A stretch of 64,000 bases of DNA from Macrostomum hystrix (Eukaryota; Animalia; Platyhelminthes). Positions 59,374 to 64,000 of the stretch are shown one piece after another. The stretch is taken from assembly GCA_950097015.1 (NCBI GenBank), contig CATNEN010000041.1:2356001-2420000 (forward strand), read 5' to 3'. How positions within the stretch are numbered: the stretch's first letter is position 1; every line of letters begins with the position of its first letter. Both the position numbers and the translations under genes were made by a program. The notes under the pieces are model-generated. The model did not search any database, was not told the origin of the DNA, and was given only the letters and a program-made list of their open reading frames with translations.

Positions 59374-62300
59374 ATGAACTGCCACCCGGCCATTCAGCAC
59401 TCTTCGTCGCCTCTCTGCCATCACGAGGCCTCTTCCGCCGAGGCGGCGGTGGCTGCCGCGGCGGCTGCAGCAGCCGCTGCCAGTAGCCTTTGGGAGCCGC
59501 CGCTGCCGGCCGGTGTCCTGACGGCTGCTGGCAGCGGCACCGGAAGCAGCGGCGGCAGTGGCGGCACCGGCGGCGGCACAGGCGGTGGCGGCTCGGGCGC
59601 GGGCCACTGCCTGTATCCCGGCGGGCCGGCGCTGATGGGGCCGCTGGCGATGACCCCGGGCCTGCTGGGCCAGTCGTATCCGCTGCAGCTTCTGCAGCCT
59701 CAGCAGGCGCAGCTGCAGGCAGCAGTGGCCCACTGGCAGCACCTGCCGCTGGGCGCCGGAGGAGGCGGAGCCGCCGCAGCCGCTGCTGCTGGGCTGTTCG
59801 GCGACTTGCTTGGCGAGCAACAGCAGGCGGCGGCGGCTGCTGCGGCGGCTGCTGCTGCTGCGGCGGCAGCTTCTTGCCAGCAGCTCTGCCTACTGCCTGG
59901 TTTCGATGTGAGTCACTGCGCTGCCTGCGAGTGTTTGCTCATTACAATATAACCTAAGCCTCCATGAATTTGGTACATCTGATTATCATCGAGTGCCATC
60001 TGGCCTACTGTTCAACTGAGTAGTATGCAATGCATAATATATACAAAATAATTTCTGCGAATTGGGAATTGTCAAAAAATACTTTCAATGTAGTCTGCGT
60101 GACAGTCTGATACCTAATTGTAAGTTAGGTGAGTGAGTGTATGGGTCAGTCAGGTGAGTGAGTGTATGGGTCAGTCAGGTGAGTGAGTGTATGGGTCAGT
60201 CAGGTGAGTGAGTGCATGGGTCAGTCAGCTGAGTGAGTGCATGGGTCAGTCAGGTGAGTGAGTGCATGGGTCAGTCTGGTGAGTGAGTGCATGGGTCAGT
60301 CTGGTGAGTGAGTGCATGGGTCAGTCTGGTGAGTGAGTGCATGGGTCAGTCAGGTGAGTGAGTGTATGGGTCAGTCAGGTGAGTGAGTGTATGGGTCAGT
60401 CAGGTGAGTGAGTGCATGGGTCAGTCTGGTGAGTGAGTGCATGGGTCAGTCAGGTGAGTGAGTGCATGGGTCAGTCTGGTGAGTGAGTGCATGGGTCAGT
60501 CTGGTGAGTGAGTGCATGGGTCAGTCAGGTGAGTGAGTGCATGGGTCAGTCAGGTGAGTGAGTGCATGGGTCAGTCAGGTGAGTGAGTGCATGGGTCAGT
60601 CAGGTGAGTGAGTGCATGGGTCAGTCAGGTGAGTGAGTGCATGGGTCAGTCAGGTGAGTGAGTGTATGGGTCAGTCAGGTGAGTGAGTGCATGGGTCAGT
60701 CAGGTGAGTGAGTGCATGGGTCAGTCAGGTGAGTGAGTGCATGGGTCAGTCAGGTGAGTGAGTGTATGGGTCAGTCTGGTGAGTGAGTGCATGGGTCAGT
60801 CAGGTGAGTGAGTGCATGGGTCAGTCTGGTGAGTGAGTGCATGGGTCAGTCTGGTGAGTGAGTGCATGGGTCAGTCAGGTGAGTGAGTGCATGGGTCAGT
60901 CAGGTGAGTGAGTGCATGGGTCAGTCAGGTGAGTGAGTGCATGGGTCAGTCAGGTGAGTGAGTGCATGGGTCAGTCAGGTGAGTGAGTGCATGGGTCAGT
61001 CAGGTGAGTGAGTGTATGGGTCAGTCAGGTGAGTGAGTGCATGGGTCAGTCAGGTGAGTGAGTGCATGGGTCAGTCAGGTGAGTGAGTGCATGGGTCAGT
61101 CAGGTGAGTGAGTGTATGGGTCAGTCTGGTGAGTGAGTGCATGGGTCAGTCAGGTGAGCGATTGTGACCCTCCCCGCCCGCAGCTGGTGAAGTGGTACAG
61201 CGAGAAGCCGCCCTTTGTGCTGGACGGCCGGGTCGCCTGCCTGTACAAAATGCGGGAGATCGATCGGAAGCTGCACAGCATGGTGCTGTCAGCGGACGCC
61301 GAGTTCAACACCATCCTGGCTGAGTACGCCGTGCTCAGGCGGGTGTTCGGCCCAGATTATCCAGTGCACGAGAATGTCTTCATCAAGCTGAACAGGAGCA
61401 AGGAGGGCGAGCTGGCCAGTGAGTCAGGCTGCAGTGGGCTTGCCTACACCCTGATGTCTGATCTCAACCTAAATCTCACTCTCTAGTCTCACTCTCTAGT
61501 CTCACTCTTTAATCCACCCCAAATCTCCATCCCAAATCTCAACCCCAAATCTCACCCGGCCTTATCTCACTCTCTAATCTCACCCCAAATATCACCCAGC
61601 CTACTATCTCACTCTCTAATCTCACTCTCTAATCTCACCCAGCCTTATCTCACTCTCTAAACTCACCCCAAATCTCACCCAGCCCTATCTCACCCCAAAT
61701 CTCACCCAGCCCTATCTCAACCCAAATCTCACCCAGCCCTATCTCACCCCAAATCTCACCCAGCCCTATCTCACTCCAAATCTCACCCAGCCCTATCTCA
61801 CCCCAAATCTCACCCAGCCCTATCTCACCCCAAATCTCACCCAGCCCTATCTCACTCCAAGTCTCACCCAGCCCTATCTCACTCCAAATCTCACCCAGCC
61901 CTATCTCACCCCAAATCTCACCCAGCCCTATCTCACTCCAAATCTCACCCAGCCCTATCTCACTCCAAATCTCACCCAGCCCTATCTCACCCCAAATCTC
62001 CCCCAGCCCTATCTCACTCCAAATCTCACCCAGCCATATCTCACTCCAAATCTCACCCAGCCCTATCTCACCCCAAATCTCACCCAGCCCTATCTCACCC
62101 CAAATCTCACCCAGCCATATCTCACTCCAAATCTCACCCAGCCATATCTCACTCCAAATCTCACCCAGCCATATCTCACCCCAAATCTCACCCAGCCCTA
62201 TCTCACTCCAAATCTCACCCAGCCCTATCTCACTCTGCAGTCTCTTTAGACTAGCGAAAATCTCACTTCAAATCTCATTTACCTTCCTACTATCTTATTT

Positions 62301-63147
62301 TCTCATAGTAGGCTCTCCAATCTCACCCTGTCATCTCAGTCTATCCGATTGTGCAATATCCTATTTCCCTGCTTGTCTAATCTCAACATCCCCAGCCATC
62401 TCACTGTCCGCCTTGCAGAGTTCATCCACATTTACTTCCGAGACCGCAGCGATGCGGAGGTGTACCTGGACAGGGCTACTCGCGTGGGGGCCCTGGCACC
62501 CTCCTGGTGCAACCCGAAGGCCTACTCCAAGCATAATGTGTACATCACCTCGCTGCCCTACTTCCTGCTGGCCAAGGACGCCCTTTGTCAGTACATTCGA
62601 ACGTTTGTGCTGCCCGGCTGCGGCTCACGTGACCCGATCCGGCGGGCCCGCGTGGACCCGGACAAGCGCTCCGCCCAGGTGGAGTTTCACCGCAGCGAAG
62701 ACGCCGAGAGTCTCATCGAGCACTTCCACCGCCACATGGACGCCAACGCCCGCCCAGCCTTCGAGAGCAAGGAGCAGAGGTGCGTCTTTGTTTGAGGCGG
62801 TTTGCTCTTTGCCTCATGTGTCTTTGTTTGAGGCGGTTTGCTCTTTGCCTCATGTGTCTTTGTTTAAGGCGGTTTGCTCTTTGCCTCATGTGTCTTTGTT
62901 TGAGGCGGTTTGCTCTTTGCCTCATGTGTCTTTGTTTGAGGCGGTTTGCTCTTTGCCTCATGTGTCTTTGTTTGAGGCGGTTTGCTCTTTGCCTCATGTG
63001 TCTTTGTTTGAGGCGGTTTGCTCTTTGCCTCATGTGTCTTTGTTTGAGGCGGTTTGCTCTTTGCCTCATGTGTTTTCGTTTTATTATCTCAGGCCGTTGT
63101 CTATCGCCGAACCTTCCAGATCCGAGGACTGCAGGAAGCAGGACTGA
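59374..63147 (+). CDS. Probable RRM-type RNA-binding protein with Ala/Gly/Gln-rich N-terminus; exons 59374-59907, 61184-61418, 62419-62779, 63093-63147
   Basis: Phase-compatible GT-AG introns (0,1,2). NVYITSLPY and SAQVEFHRSEDAESLI resemble RNP2 and RNP1 of an RRM; KFIHIYFRDRSDAE suggests a second degenerate RRM. Last exon less certain. Confidence 0.7.
60126..61158 (+). repeat. 25-bp intronic minisatellite (about 41 copies), nearly every unit containing a 5' splice-site consensus
   Basis: Unit caggtgagtgagtgcatgggtcagt (CAG|GTGAGT), with ctggtgagt variants. Confidence 0.96.
61480..62236. repeat. 27-bp intronic minisatellite
   Basis: Unit ctatctcaccccaaatctcacccagcc. Confidence 0.95.
62780..63072. 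repeat. 36-bp minisatellite filling almost the whole last intron
   Basis: Unit tgtctttgtttgaggcggtttgctctttgcctcatg; starts at the donor GT. Confidence 0.95.
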
Positions 63148-63639
63148 GGATGCCGCGGGTTCCGCTCAGGCTCTGCTGCTCTCGCCGCGCACAATGAAGT
63201 GATTTACCAAAACATTTTTTGTATCTCCCGCAAACTGCTTAACTACCTACTATGTAATGCCTGTCGACAAGATGAAGCCCCCTTTTTAGTGTTCGCCGCC
63301 GCTATCCATATATTTAACTGTCTCCGTGTGCCCGCCTGATGCCGGAGGCCCACTGCCTCCCACCTGTCCACTTGTATATGCGCGCTGCTTTCCATTGTGT
63401 CCCAATTGATCCCCTCATTCTGGGAATTCTCTCCGACACCCTGCTCACGATGGTGCAAGCGAATCTTTGCTCTTCTTTCGAGTGTGCCTTCCAAGCCTTT
63501 GGCCTGTCAGCCAATCCGAATTTGCTAGCCGCATCAGCCAAATAAAACATGCACTGGGCCTCGGCTTCTCGGCTGTCATGCCTGACTTGATACACTTCTT
63601 ATAAAAGCTTTCGCTGGTTTGGGGCAATGGTTTGTTTGG

Positions 63640-64000
63640 TTCCAACTGAGCCTGCCTGATGGATTCCAGCTATTCCAACTGAGCCTGCCTGATGGATTCC
63701 ACCCATTCCAACTGACCCTGCCTGATGGATTCCACCCATTCCAACTGACCCTGCCCGATGGATTCCACCTATTCCAACTGAGCCTGCCTGATGGATTCCA
63801 GCTATTCCAACTGACCCTGCCTGATGGATTCCAGCTATTCCGACTGACCCTGCCTGATGGATTCCACCCATTCCAACTGACCCTGCCTGGTGGATTCCAG
63901 CTATTCCAACTGACACTGCCTGATGGATTCCACCAATTCCAACTGACCCTGCATGATGGATTCCAGCTATTCCAACTGACCCTGCCTGATGGATTCCAGC
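63640..64000. repeat. 33-bp minisatellite running off the window end
   Basis: Unit gattccagctattccaactgaccctgcctgatg. Confidence 0.95.

Overview
Eukaryotic (animal) genomic DNA: short GT-AG introns, tRNA-derived SINEs, solo-LTR-like elements and about 20 minisatellite arrays. The style suggests a flatworm such as Macrostomum, but that is inference and is not established by the sequence. There are no prokaryotic operons, rRNA or CRISPR arrays. The window starts with the last four exons of P5CS (ALDH18A1) and ends with two ordinary multi-exon genes (a coiled-coil protein and a probable RRM protein). The central 3-51 kb is an expanded, probably innate-immune cluster built around eight TRAF-family copies. 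One copy is full length and intronless (RING-zinc fingers-coiled coil-MATH). The others lack MATH: three are intact two-exon genes, one is frameshifted, one lacks its ATG, one is cut off by a (QQVQ)n expansion, and one can be spliced in frame onto a WD40 gene, giving a TRAF7-like architecture. All copies share a near-identical RING with CGH changed to HGC and carry shuffled zinc-finger segments, pointing to gene conversion. Interspersed are two intronless genes with cyanobacterial-type MVL lectin-like repeats (one intact, one pseudogene), 11-bp-phased arrays of kappaB-like sites, a secreted PAN-like plus ALK/LTK-type glycine-rich gene, and a SAP-domain ORF. Gene models were derived by hand from splice signals and reading-frame phase; domain names come from recalled motif similarity, not database searches.
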